A stretch of 64,000 nucleotides of DNA, taken from positions 9,904-73,903 of the IMG/VR virus record IMGVR_UViG_3300009509_000014; one strand, written 5' to 3'. Made by a program: the position numbers and the translations under genes. Shown in pieces: positions 8,429 to 16,810 of the stretch (position 1 is its first letter; the number at the start of each line of letters is the position of its first letter). The DNA comes from a virus. Below the pieces are notes generated by a model that was not told where the DNA came from, made no database searches, and was given only the letters and a program-made list of their open reading frames with translations.

Positions 8429-8691
8429 AAATATTCGCTCTCTATGCCAAACCTGCCAATTACTTCTCTTGCCCTTGCGGCAGGATGAAGTTTCTCCGAT
8501 CTGTCAAGCATTTTATATAATAACGCACATGATTCAAGATGCTCACATTCAACACAGAATGTGCTACCTATAAACTCTTTCGTAGAAATTCCTAGCCAGC
8601 AATTCAAGAGGCGTATATTGGCAACTGCTATCTTCCTTGCCGCCTCTTGCTCTGCAATCGGTAATAAGAGTTGTTTATTTTCATCATCCAC
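8425..8691 (-). CDS. Hypothetical protein (CxxC)
   Basis: Probable GTG start overlapping the nrdJ stop; stop overlaps the next ATG. Confidence 0.6.
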   Translation of the reverse strand: MDDENKQLLLPIAEQEAARKIAVANIRLLNCWLGISTKEFIGSTFCVECEHLESCALLYKMLDRSEKLHPAARAREVIGRFGIESEYL

Positions 8692-10726
8692 ATTTACTGT
8701 ATCCGCAGATTGCACAAGTAGAACATCCTCCCTGATAGTTTAGCTCTCCACTGCACTCTGGACACTTTGCTGCTGTTGTTTCGTACCTGCTAAGTGTTTG
8801 CGCTATAAGCGCGGGAATGCTAGTGACCGATTGCCCCTCAATCTTTCTCAGTTGTTCGATTATCTTTTCCAGTGGCGCACCAACACGCAGGGCCAAACTG
8901 GAGAGCCTTGTGACTGCTGTAACCAATTGCAATTCTTTTAGCGACCTTATATAAGGAGTGTTTACAAATACTTCCCACGGTCGCTTGCCATCTATTGTAT
9001 TTACAGTTATGTACAAATTTGTACTTTCACCTTCAATATTGCCAACTACCTTGTATGTATCGCCAGATAGAACCGCAGGTCTTGCTAACAACTCTGCCTC
9101 TTCAACGCGGGATGTGTATTCGGACGACAAAACTTGCCGAGTCCTAGAACCGTCTCTGTACACAGTACATCCATTACACCCCTTATCGTAAGCATAAAAC
9201 AGTACATTAAGAACATCTTCTACCGTTGCGTTGTTTGGCAAATTAACCGTGTAAGATATACTGGTATCGACGTATTCAGAAAATGCGGCAACCGTGTCAA
9301 TAACTGCTGACCAGGGAAGATCGTATAGTGTTACAAATCCATCTGCTCCAGCAAGATTGTGTAAGATTGTGTATTCGCCTGTCCTATCACTCCGCTTTGT
9401 TATTGCACTAAAGATTGGTTCTATGCCAGCCGAACAACCGGCTAGAAGGCTAATCGTGCCAGTTGGAGCAATTGATAACAAGGCATTATTTCTCCTACCG
9501 TTAAAGTCTCCATGTGTTCCCGATCCCTTTTCCATCATTAGGGTTTTGCTTTCGTCTTCTGCGACTTTCATCAGCAGTTGCGCGATCCAGCCAGCCTTCG
9601 CTACGGCCTCAACAGAACCATACTTGTGTCCCATCTTAATAAGAGCATCAGCGAATCCCATAATGCCTAGCCCTATTGACCTGTTCCTGTACGACCAAGC
9701 CGCCGTTGCCGATGTCGGGAATTCGTTTAATGTAATCATGTTGTCAAGAAATCTAACTGCTACCCTTATAACTCTCTTAAACTCTTCAATGTCAATATAT
9801 CCTAGCTCATCGACGAATTCCGATATATTTATGCTCCCAAGACAGCAACTCCCGTTTGGTGGAAGTGGTTGCTCACCACACGGATTCGTGGCCTGAATCA
9901 ATGACGGATCATATTTTGTGCGCCTGCGAATCGTGTCAATAAACAGAACACCAGGCTCTCCATTCTCCCACGCCCCGTTTGCAATAGCTGTTAGAGTTTC
10001 CCGTTCTTTAGTGTCTATATGTGAAGCATTTTGCATAAACTCGTCAGAAGCCAACACGCTCATGTTAAAGTTTGACAGATATGTCTCCGATGCGGCTAGG
10101 ATTGCACGGTCCTGCAGTAGTTGTTCGGCAACACCTTTTGGGTTGTCTGTAATCCTATTGAGATTTAGTAATTCGATTACGGAGTTTACTGGGGACTTTG
10201 CGGTAATGAAATCCACAATATCTTTATGGGAAGCATCCATAGTTGCCATACAGGCAGCGTCACGGAATCCACCCTGCGTCATCGTAAGCATGTCGTATGA
10301 AAATGTCTTCCAGAATCCAACAGGCCCTCCAGCGATACCGTGGGTTGAACCGCGGACTGGAGATCCAGCAGGCCGAAGGTTTGAAAGGCCAATGCCCCAA
10401 CCCCCTCCAGATTTCGTGATTGCCATAGCGGTAGCCTTGGCCTCTGCGATTGAATCCAGGTTATCTTCTAGTCCTATAACAAAACACGCGAACAAACCCC
10501 CTCCGTGTCCAGCGTTTACAAGGCATGGGCTATTCGGCAGAAATTTACCAGACGCCATTACTTCGCGGAATATTAGCTTCCAGTCAGAACGTAGTCCATC
10601 CTCTTCTGTCTCTGCGGAAGCTATAAATGACGACACTCTATCAAGGAGTTCGTCTGGTGTGCTTTCGCCATTACGGTAATATCTTTTTGCAAGAATGCTC
10701 TTTGCCATTTCTGTTTCAGCGAACAT
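8684..10726 (-). CDS. nrdJ: Class II (adenosylcobalamin-dependent) ribonucleotide reductase with TSCPD-like C-terminal domain and zinc ribbon
   Basis: FLPNSP, ACFV, GGGWG, NFNMS, GEPG, TNPCGE, IAPTGTIS, TVYRDGSR, terminal CPEC...C..CGYSKC. No beta-subunit gene nearby. Confidence 0.93.
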   Translation of the reverse strand: MFAETEMAKSILAKRYYRNGESTPDELLDRVSSFIASAETEEDGLRSDWKLIFREVMASGKFLPNSPCLVNAGHGGGLFACFVIGLEDNLDSIAEAKATAMAITKSGGGWGIGLSNLRPAGSPVRGSTHGIAGGPVGFWKTFSYDMLTMTQGGFRDAACMATMDASHKDIVDFITAKSPVNSVIELLNLNRITDNPKGVAEQLLQDRAILAASETYLSNFNMSVLASDEFMQNASHIDTKERETLTAIANGAWENGEPGVLFIDTIRRRTKYDPSLIQATNPCGEQPLPPNGSCCLGSINISEFVDELGYIDIEEFKRVIRVAVRFLDNMITLNEFPTSATAAWSYRNRSIGLGIMGFADALIKMGHKYGSVEAVAKAGWIAQLLMKVAEDESKTLMMEKGSGTHGDFNGRRNNALLSIAPTGTISLLAGCSAGIEPIFSAITKRSDRTGEYTILHNLAGADGFVTLYDLPWSAVIDTVAAFSEYVDTSISYTVNLPNNATVEDVLNVLFYAYDKGCNGCTVYRDGSRTRQVLSSEYTSRVEEAELLARPAVLSGDTYKVVGNIEGESTNLYITVNTIDGKRPWEVFVNTPYIRSLKELQLVTAVTRLSSLALRVGAPLEKIIEQLRKIEGQSVTSIPALIAQTLSRYETTAAKCPECSGELNYQGGCSTCAICGYSKCG

Positions 10727-11184
10727 TACCTGTTAATCCCTCCTGATGTTCCGCGATCGGTGTTAAGGTTGACCTGGGTTATTTTCGTCAGTGGAATATT
10801 GAGGGCGAGAACAGGAACCATTTGGGCTATCATATCACCAGCGTTAAATAGGAGGATTTCATCTGTGGGGTTGTATACTTTTATCTTTACTTCGCCACGG
10901 TACTCTACATCAATAACGCCTGCCAAAATTGCATGTTCACTTCGGCCCTTTGGCCACACCAATGTTCCAACTCCGGTAACATCTATACCAAATAGCAATC
11001 TCCAAATAAATCTTTGGAGCTTTGTAAATTGCGGAAACTCAAATGAGAGTCCAGTGTTGATTGTTTTAACATCTCCAGGCTTAATTATATGGACGCCACA
11101 TGCAGGCATGTCTATTCCAAGGTCTGACTCACGACCCCTTTCGGGGTTATATTCGATTGTACTAAACTTAATCTCTTTAGCCAT
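10726..11184 (-). CDS. dut: dUTPase (trimeric family), divergent
   Basis: GIDMP, GVIDVEYRGEVK, GDMIAQMV, TDRG.SGG. Confidence 0.85.
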   Translation of the reverse strand: MAKEIKFSTIEYNPERGRESDLGIDMPACGVHIIKPGDVKTINTGLSFEFPQFTKLQRFIWRLLFGIDVTGVGTLVWPKGRSEHAILAGVIDVEYRGEVKIKVYNPTDEILLFNAGDMIAQMVPVLALNIPLTKITQVNLNTDRGTSGGINR

Positions 11185-11713
11185 TAGTTATGCCAACGCA
11201 CCCCTTATATTTATCAACTGTGATTCCAACGTCTATCGCATTATCGGAACCGTCAACGGTATCAAACAACACAGTTCCGTTATAGATTATAGTTACTGCT
11301 ACTGGACCTCTCATGTTATGCCGCACGGCAGTTTTATAGTCTACATCAATAACTCTATTCTTGTCAAGCCCAATACTGTAATGCTTTTTGGAGACAACAT
11401 CTATGGCTATATATGGGCCATCAATTGTTCCGTCAGGCCACAAGATATGAACATCTTTACCTTTGTCGCCCAACCTATATACTGCAACAGCACCGATATA
11501 CCCTGCCCCTTCAAGCCACGCAGAGTAGTCACTTTTAGAATCTATATATCCTAATATAGTAGCCGTAGTCTCCATTCTTCCTTTTGAATAAAAAGCAGCA
11601 CACCCACTCATTGACATAGCAGACGATTCTTCCTCCCACGGAATATATCCCGTGTGAGAAAATGGCACGGCAATATTAACAATTATCAAAATTACGTGAA
11701 ATATCCACCACAT
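11177..11713 (-). CDS. Membrane-anchored or secreted protein with RlpA/3D-like double-psi beta-barrel
   Basis: Hydrophobic N-terminus; A.FY..G, GPYIAIDV, RVIDVDYKTA. Confidence 0.55.
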   Translation of the reverse strand: MWWIFHVILIIVNIAVPFSHTGYIPWEEESSAMSMSGCAAFYSKGRMETTATILGYIDSKSDYSAWLEGAGYIGAVAVYRLGDKGKDVHILWPDGTIDGPYIAIDVVSKKHYSIGLDKNRVIDVDYKTAVRHNMRGPVAVTIIYNGTVLFDTVDGSDNAIDVGITVDKYKGCVGITNG

Positions 11714-11734
11714 AAAAATACCTCCTTAGAGAAC

Positions 11735-11988
11735 AGAACTAGCCCTGTTTCCAGGGCTAATGCTGTTTGATATGCGTCCTATCCAGAGCGTCATATCTCT
11801 TCGGTCAGGTTGCAACGGAGTTCACCGTAATCGTTGCCACTAAAACAGCTTCACCACTCCTTCGGCGTAAGAGGTTGGTCCGTGCAGGCCAATCGTTGCC
11901 TGCACGGACCGAGTACCACACCAAAAAGGAGGTAAGTTGCGAAGACACCGAAGCACCCCGAAGCTCAACCCTATGCTATCGCTGTCGT
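11735..11988 (-). ncRNA. Structured RNA or 5' leader (~250 nt), family unknown
   Basis: No credible ORF. Perfect 13-bp stem 11877-11910, extended helices with minus-strand G-U pairs, a multi-stem junction and a terminal GAAA hairpin. Starts just after promoter copy 2. Confidence 0.65.
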
Positions 11989-11994
11989 CTAGCT

Positions 11995-12023
11995 ATTATA
12001 CTGGAAGATGTTAACTTTGTCAA
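11995..12023 (-). promoter_or_regulatory. Conserved phage promoter, copy 2
   Basis: TTGACA-AAGTTAACATCTTCCAG(17)-TATAAT. Confidence 0.88.
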
Positions 12024-12043
12024 TAAATCTTCAAAAGATTGTA

Positions 12044-13186
12044 CTATGTGCTGAATGTTAATTGCTCTGCCATTCCGTCATCTATTGCCGAAGCTTTTAG
12101 AATCTCATCCACGTCATTCCCATACTTATTTGCCATTTGCATCCACCACTCGGCCCTATTCCTGCCAGCGTTAGCATATTCGTGTGTTTTTTCAACACTG
12201 ACGATATGTTCCCAACCAGCCAGAATCGCACCTATTGATTCGCTCATAACTCCACCGAATGGCACAAGAAGTCTTCTTGGGCTGTACACGCCAGGCGGAA
12301 GCAGGAGCTTCGCAAGCCACACATTTAGGGAAATAGGTTTTATGGTTGGGTGGTTTATTCCGCCCAATTCTATCTCTCTCTCTGGCCCTAACGACTTCTT
12401 ATTGTAATAAAGATTTACACCCTCTAAAAAGTCTGGCCCCCAAGAAAATGTTGGGAAGTACGCATTGTCGAAATTCCCATTATGAAGATTACACGTTGGG
12501 TGGCATTTTGCCTTTGTACAAAGTGGGTGGTGAGAGATAACGACATTCGTGGGCCACTTGCCTCCTTCGTACTTGCAAGCTTCTATATGTAATGCTCCAG
12601 AACCATACTCTCTTATTGAGTCAACCTTTTTACCTTCGTATGGTTTCTGGAAAAGGATGATCGGCTCAACGGCAGGTCTCAATGCCTGTATTCCATACCT
12701 ATACTCCCACCATGCGAGAGCCTCTTTCGATGCTGGCCTGGTCACAAAATGATCTTTGTTCCAACGCTCTCCAGATCGTTGATACCCATAAGTTGCAGTA
12801 CTCTTTTCAAGTACCTCTCGTTCGTCGTACACACCTTTTTCTTTATCAATAGCTGTATCAATTCTCGCCGCTTTGTGCAATCCGGTTGCATAGGCCCAAC
12901 AGAATATTGAAGGGTGAATTATAAAGCCTGCATCTTCAATTGCGGTTGCGATCCTGTGCCAAGTTCTAGCGCCGCCGTATGTCATTCCAAACGCGCCAGG
13001 AAGGAGATGTTTCCCAAGTGCGGCCCATGTATCGGGCAAAAAGCTAACTCCAGACGAATCCCAAGACTTTCCCATGAATCCGTACTCGTATGGGCAGTCT
13101 GTGAAAAGTGCGTGAAAAGGTGGTCCGCTGTATTCTTTACTCCATTTGTTTATATCTTCGTTGTAAATTTCTAAGGTAGTTTCCAT
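12044..13186 (-). CDS. DNA N4/N6 methyltransferase (beta class) with variant motifs
   Basis: TDCPYEYGFMGKSWD, EDAGF, HPTIKP, LLVPFGG. Start moved to the ATG overlapping the upstream gene end. Confidence 0.85.
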   Translation of the reverse strand: METTLEIYNEDINKWSKEYSGPPFHALFTDCPYEYGFMGKSWDSSGVSFLPDTWAALGKHLLPGAFGMTYGGARTWHRIATAIEDAGFIIHPSIFCWAYATGLHKAARIDTAIDKEKGVYDEREVLEKSTATYGYQRSGERWNKDHFVTRPASKEALAWWEYRYGIQALRPAVEPIILFQKPYEGKKVDSIREYGSGALHIEACKYEGGKWPTNVVISHHPLCTKAKCHPTCNLHNGNFDNAYFPTFSWGPDFLEGVNLYYNKKSLGPEREIELGGINHPTIKPISLNVWLAKLLLPPGVYSPRRLLVPFGGVMSESIGAILAGWEHIVSVEKTHEYANAGRNRAEWWMQMANKYGNDVDEILKASAIDDGMAEQLTFST

Positions 13187-13941
13187 TTTGCCGATGTCGG
13201 ACTCCAATCGTTTTTCCAACGCCAGATTACTAAGCAGCATTTGAATATATCAAACAGCCCTTTTATGTTGTCTGCGACTTCAATCTCAACAGTGTTGCCG
13301 TCCTTCGGTATGCGAATAACAGCAACTTTGGTAATGTCTATGCCAAGCTCTTCCTCAAGGGCCTTTGCATATGCAGCACTCTGAACAAGGTATTCAGGAT
13401 AAATCCCCTTGCTAGTCTTAAAATCAGCGGCGACGATATTCCCATTTATCTCTATTACAATGTCAACTGTACCAGAATACATATATCTTTTGGAAAACAG
13501 TTTGCGTTCACTGTAATGATATTTAATGTCTGTATATCGTTTCTCCCAATCAATGTATGACATAACTGCTGCAAGCACCGGAGGATATTCTGGCAAGTCT
13601 GGCGCTGGAGTAGATAATATCTGAGCCTTAATGTATCTTTCCAGCCAGTCATGGGCCTCAGAACCTATATTCAACGCCTTTTTTGACTGCCTAAATCTTG
13701 CATCTTTTGAATCGCGCAAGATGAAATCAAGTTGCTCTTGTGTATATAACGTTCCAGGCTTTAATGTTTTTCTAAGATTATCGACGGTTTCGTTTACCGC
13801 CCAAGGAATCAGGGCAGGTTTGTCTATAACCCCAAGGATACGTGTAACACTTGGAACAATTACACCGTCAACGGAATACAAATGCTCTGTTTCGTTGAAT
13901 AGAAGCTCAACCTCCCCATTATAAAGTTTTCGTGTTGCCAC
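13171..13941 (-). CDS. PD-(D/E)XK exonuclease (Cas4/RecB-like phage family)
   Basis: PSVT.IL, G...H, YSGTVD, ADFKTS, Q.AAY. Confidence 0.88.
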   Translation of the reverse strand: MATRKLYNGEVELLFNETEHLYSVDGVIVPSVTRILGVIDKPALIPWAVNETVDNLRKTLKPGTLYTQEQLDFILRDSKDARFRQSKKALNIGSEAHDWLERYIKAQILSTPAPDLPEYPPVLAAVMSYIDWEKRYTDIKYHYSERKLFSKRYMYSGTVDIVIEINGNIVAADFKTSKGIYPEYLVQSAAYAKALEEELGIDITKVAVIRIPKDGNTVEIEVADNIKGLFDIFKCCLVIWRWKNDWSPTSAKWKLP

Positions 13942-13949
13942 AGTGTCTC

Positions 13950-14255
13950 CTATTCGAATGTTGCGTATGGGTCTGCAACGGCAATATCTATAAGCTTCCT
14001 CAAGATAGCTTTAAGTTCTTCGGCCTTAAACATTGGCCCTAGTAAAAATTCGGCTACACTTTCAATATCGGCAAGCCTATAAAGATCGACCAACATATAC
14101 CCAAGCGCAGCATCACGTAATTCCGTGGCCGAAAATCCATCCAGGGTGTTGTCTTTGTCTTCTAAAACTTTTACCAGTTCTAGCACTTTGTCTTCTGGTC
14201 CAAATAACATTACTTCGCCAACGCTTTTTGCAATATGTTCCATTTTTATCTCCAA
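13950..14255 (-). CDS. Hypothetical protein
   Basis: Fills the operon gap between co-oriented genes. Confidence 0.65.
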   Translation of the reverse strand: MEIKMEHIAKSVGEVMLFGPEDKVLELVKVLEDKDNTLDGFSATELRDAALGYMLVDLYRLADIESVAEFLLGPMFKAEELKAILRKLIDIAVADPYATFE

Positions 14256-14257
14256 TA

Positions 14258-15001
14258 CTAAAATAACTCTAGTTGTTTTATTCGTTCATTTACTGGTGCC
14301 AATGAGAATAACCTCTCAAGCCTGCTGTCCTTGCCTTCGGTTGTGTGTAAGTCTGTTTTTGTGCCAATCTCAAGGACTTTCTTAAAATCGTGTGGGGCTT
14401 TATATTCTGACACCACTACGTTGTGTCCAAGAGACTCCAATTCTCTAACCCTATTCCAAAATACACCAGTATCAAATGATGGCGTATTCCCGTAATCTGT
14501 TGTTCCAGCATACGGAGGATCGCAATAGATTAGCATTTTAGGTTCGGGGGGAGGTTCTGTTAAAAAATCGGCAGTAAAAAATCTTACACCAGAAAGGTAT
14601 TTTACCTTCCGCAAGATACTCCTTGATCCCTCTCTCGCATAGTTTCGTGACGGATTGGCGTTTCTTGCATACCCGCCAAACCACTTACCTCCAAACGATG
14701 TAGCAAACCCAACAAATGAAACAAGGCTTGGGGGATATTCATCAATGTTGTCTTTTATTTTATTGTAATCATCTTCTGTGATTGTCTCTGGTGGTATCCA
14801 GCCGTTCACAGCCGCTTTCCACATTTCTATAAGATATGGGTTAATGTCGCTGGCATACTTCCTGCCACCACACCGTATCTTTACAAGAACCCATGCCGCT
14901 CCAACGAACGGCTCCCAATATGACTGTTTAGGTTTTATTATAGCATTTATATAGCTGGATATGTCTCCAGCAGTCCGATACTTCCCGCCTAAATACTTCA
15001 C
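14258..15001 (-). CDS. D12-class N6-adenine DNA methyltransferase (Dam-like)
   Basis: KYLGGK, EPFVGA, SDIN, IYCDPPY. Confidence 0.92.
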   Translation of the reverse strand: MKYLGGKYRTAGDISSYINAIIKPKQSYWEPFVGAAWVLVKIRCGGRKYASDINPYLIEMWKAAVNGWIPPETITEDDYNKIKDNIDEYPPSLVSFVGFATSFGGKWFGGYARNANPSRNYAREGSRSILRKVKYLSGVRFFTADFLTEPPPEPKMLIYCDPPYAGTTDYGNTPSFDTGVFWNRVRELESLGHNVVVSEYKAPHDFKKVLEIGTKTDLHTTEGKDSRLERLFSLAPVNERIKQLELF

Positions 15002-15027
15002 ATATTCTATCCCTTCGTTTAGTCTAA

Positions 15028-15101
15028 TCCCCCTGGATGGATTCGAACCATCACTTATACGGGCTTAAGCCGTATGCCTCTGCCAGTTGGGCCACAGGGG
15101 G
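15028..15101 (-). tRNA. tRNA-Leu(TAA), short variable loop, CCA not encoded
   Basis: Acceptor CCCCCTG/CAGGGGG+A, D-loop TGG, anticodon arm TACGG-CTTAAGC-CCGTA, T arm GATGG-TTCGAAT-CCATC. Confidence 0.9.
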
Positions 15102-15107
15102 AGATCT

Positions 15108-15326
15108 TTAAGTTAAACCACCATCCTTGATCTCTTCGGCGTGTACGTGCTTAAGTTCCGAATTGACATTCCAGGTACTGCTAAACCCATTCATCTTTTT
15201 CAGGTCTCTGACTAACTCAAAGATACTTCTTGTTACAAGATCGTTTAACACATTCTCGTTTAGTGCAGTATTCAATATCCATGAGTCTCCATCAAGCGTG
15301 AAATTTGTTGTTATTCTTATTTTCAT
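15108..15326 (-). CDS. Hypothetical protein
   Basis: Start abuts the upstream stop (TAATG). Confidence 0.65.
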   Translation of the reverse strand: MKIRITTNFTLDGDSWILNTALNENVLNDLVTRSIFELVRDLKKMNGFSSTWNVNSELKHVHAEEIKDGGLT

Positions 15327-15778
15327 TAACCAATACCCCTTGGGTCTAATCCTTCCAGTATAGCTATTGCCCTATCGGCGTTTATAGTATGTAATCCGTG
15401 CCTGAAATTTGTTCTTACGCCAAACATTCCAGACGGAAATGCTTCTCGCTCGTCATCTATAACTACAAAGGTGTTATTCATGTCTTGGTAAAATGTACTA
15501 TCTGAGAGCCACCCCATAATCTCCCAACGTCGCTCGTATCCCTTCCAGTCTGGAGTTATATCTATCACATCTCCAGTAACTCCCCACTGTTTCAATATGA
15601 GTGTTATTTTTGGCAACCCGTAATGTTTCCAGGATGATGAAACGACAATCTTTGCACCTGTCCTGTCCGTAATCCTATTCAGTTGTTCAACACAGGCTGG
15701 ATCGGCCATATTAGTGTTTGCGTATTTCTCATTTATCAATACGCCGTCAATGTCAAGAAAGACTACTCTGTCTACCAT
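15326..15778 (-). CDS. HAD-superfamily phosphatase (Swiss-army-knife RNA-repair type)
   Basis: VFLDIDGVL, IVVSSSWK, DITP, FVVIDD. Confidence 0.85.
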   Translation of the reverse strand: MVDRVVFLDIDGVLINEKYANTNMADPACVEQLNRITDRTGAKIVVSSSWKHYGLPKITLILKQWGVTGDVIDITPDWKGYERRWEIMGWLSDSTFYQDMNNTFVVIDDEREAFPSGMFGVRTNFRHGLHTINADRAIAILEGLDPRGIG

Positions 15779-15962
15779 TTTGTTCTAGTAACCTGTTTGT
15801 TACATCGCTTAGTTTCTTTATGGCTTGAAGCACGTCGGTAAATGCCTCTGCAACCTCTGGCCTGAGATTCGGCCCAATATCTGCCGTGTCCATCTTTATA
15901 TCTGTGATAAGTGTATGGCACAGCATGTTCATCCTAAAGTCTCCGCGTGGAAAATCTGCCAT
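15753..15962 (-). CDS. Hypothetical protein
   Basis: Likely start MADFPRG, after the upstream stop. Confidence 0.6.
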   Translation of the reverse strand: MADFPRGDFRMNMLCHTLITDIKMDTADIGPNLRPEVAEAFTDVLQAIKKLSDVTNRLLEQNGRQSSLS

Positions 15963-15976
15963 CTCTATTCCATGTT

Positions 15977-16240
15977 CTAGCTCTTTTTGAGCCTCTCCCT
16001 TTCTCTTTCTATATACCATATAGCCTTTGCCAAGTCCTCATCTGCGCTAACTTTTGGTTTCAAGCCAACGCGCCAGATATATTTCATGGCAGCCCCTATA
16101 TTATAAGGCATATGTTCTATAATGTCAATACATTCAACTCCGGAAGGATGTTTACCATAATGTTCCGGATGATTTATATACTCGTATTCTTGTTGGCCTT
16201 TATTAAAGTGTTCCTCAAAGTGTTCTGTCAATAAAGCCAT
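15977..16240 (-). CDS. DUF3310-family protein (T7 gp1.7 nucleotide-kinase-like)
   Basis: INHPEHY, ECIDII, KYIWR.G.K, EDL.KA.WY. Confidence 0.9.
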   Translation of the reverse strand: MALLTEHFEEHFNKGQQEYEYINHPEHYGKHPSGVECIDIIEHMPYNIGAAMKYIWRVGLKPKVSADEDLAKAIWYIERERERLKKS

Positions 16241-16727
16241 CTATATCCTCTCCTGGCCCATGAAGTTGTGACTGTGGTAGTAGAAATGCTTCACCCCAGC
16301 CAAGATCTCCAAGATTCTTTCCGTTTATGATCTCTGCGGCAGTTGCCCAACCAACATATTTATATTGCGGGAACTTGCCAATAATGAGAACATACACGTC
16401 TGTTCCTGTATCAAATTTGTTTTTTCCAACCAGAAGTTGGCCTGTTGGATAGTGGGTCGTCTTTACGTCGATTGTTACTCCGGAATGGGTTACGCAATCG
16501 TATCCCCCCTTCCTAGCCCCAACCGACAGGTCAGGCCATAGATTCATAATGGCGCAGAATGCAAACTCACCCCCAATCCCCTCCAGGTCAGTTAATTCAT
16601 TAGATTGTGGACCTTTTTTGGCGTTCACAACCCCCGCTTCCCGCGCAGTCTTGAATCTTGCCCTTGCCAACATACGCGCAACTTTCTGAGTGCTTCCGTC
16701 AAGGGTTATAGTATATTTATCGTTCAT
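16215..16727 (-). CDS. Hypothetical protein, possible PD-(D/E)XK fold
   Basis: GEFAF..GGYD...IDVKTT. The ORF-track start lies inside the tRNA; the first ATG outside it is at 16727. Confidence 0.65.
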   Translation of the reverse strand: MNDKYTITLDGSTQKVARMLARARFKTAREAGVVNAKKGPQSNELTDLEGIGGEFAFCAIMNLWPDLSVGARKGGYDCVTHSGVTIDVKTTHYPTGQLLVGKNKFDTGTDVYVLIIGKFPQYKYVGWATAAEIINGKNLGDLGWGEAFLLPQSQLHGPGEDIDGFIDRTL

Positions 16728-16803
16728 GGTGGAGCCAGAGAGACTCGAACTCTCGACCTCCACAGTGCAAGTGTGGCGCTCTCCCAAACTGAGCTACGGC
16801 CCC
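16727..16803 (-). tRNA. tRNA-Ala(TGC) with encoded CCA
   Basis: GGGGCCGTAGCTCAG...CCACA-CTTGCAC-TGTGG...TTCGAG...TGGCTCCACCA; G3:U70 pair. Confidence 0.96.
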
Positions 16804-16810
16804 TTTTTAT

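Noticed and set aside
8684-10726. Intein or intron in nrdJ, recA, helicase or terminase
   Set aside because: Lengths are normal, motifs are contiguous and no intein splice motifs were seen.
9294-11554. Long plus-strand ORFs (9294, 9918, 10760) and similar antisense ORFs elsewhere
   Set aside because: They are shadows of well-supported genes on the opposite strand, with no motifs or SD.
11762-11850. Hammerhead ribozyme or cobalamin riboswitch in the leader
   Set aside because: The core reads CUGACCGA and CAAA rather than CUGANGA and GAAA. Only a T-loop-like element of the B12 motif is present, with no B12 box.
13171-13941. Cas4 of a CRISPR system
   Set aside because: No Fe-S cysteines, array or other cas genes; it is a common phage exonuclease.
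16728-16787. N-terminal extension of ORF 16215..16787
   Set aside because: It lies inside tRNA-Ala.
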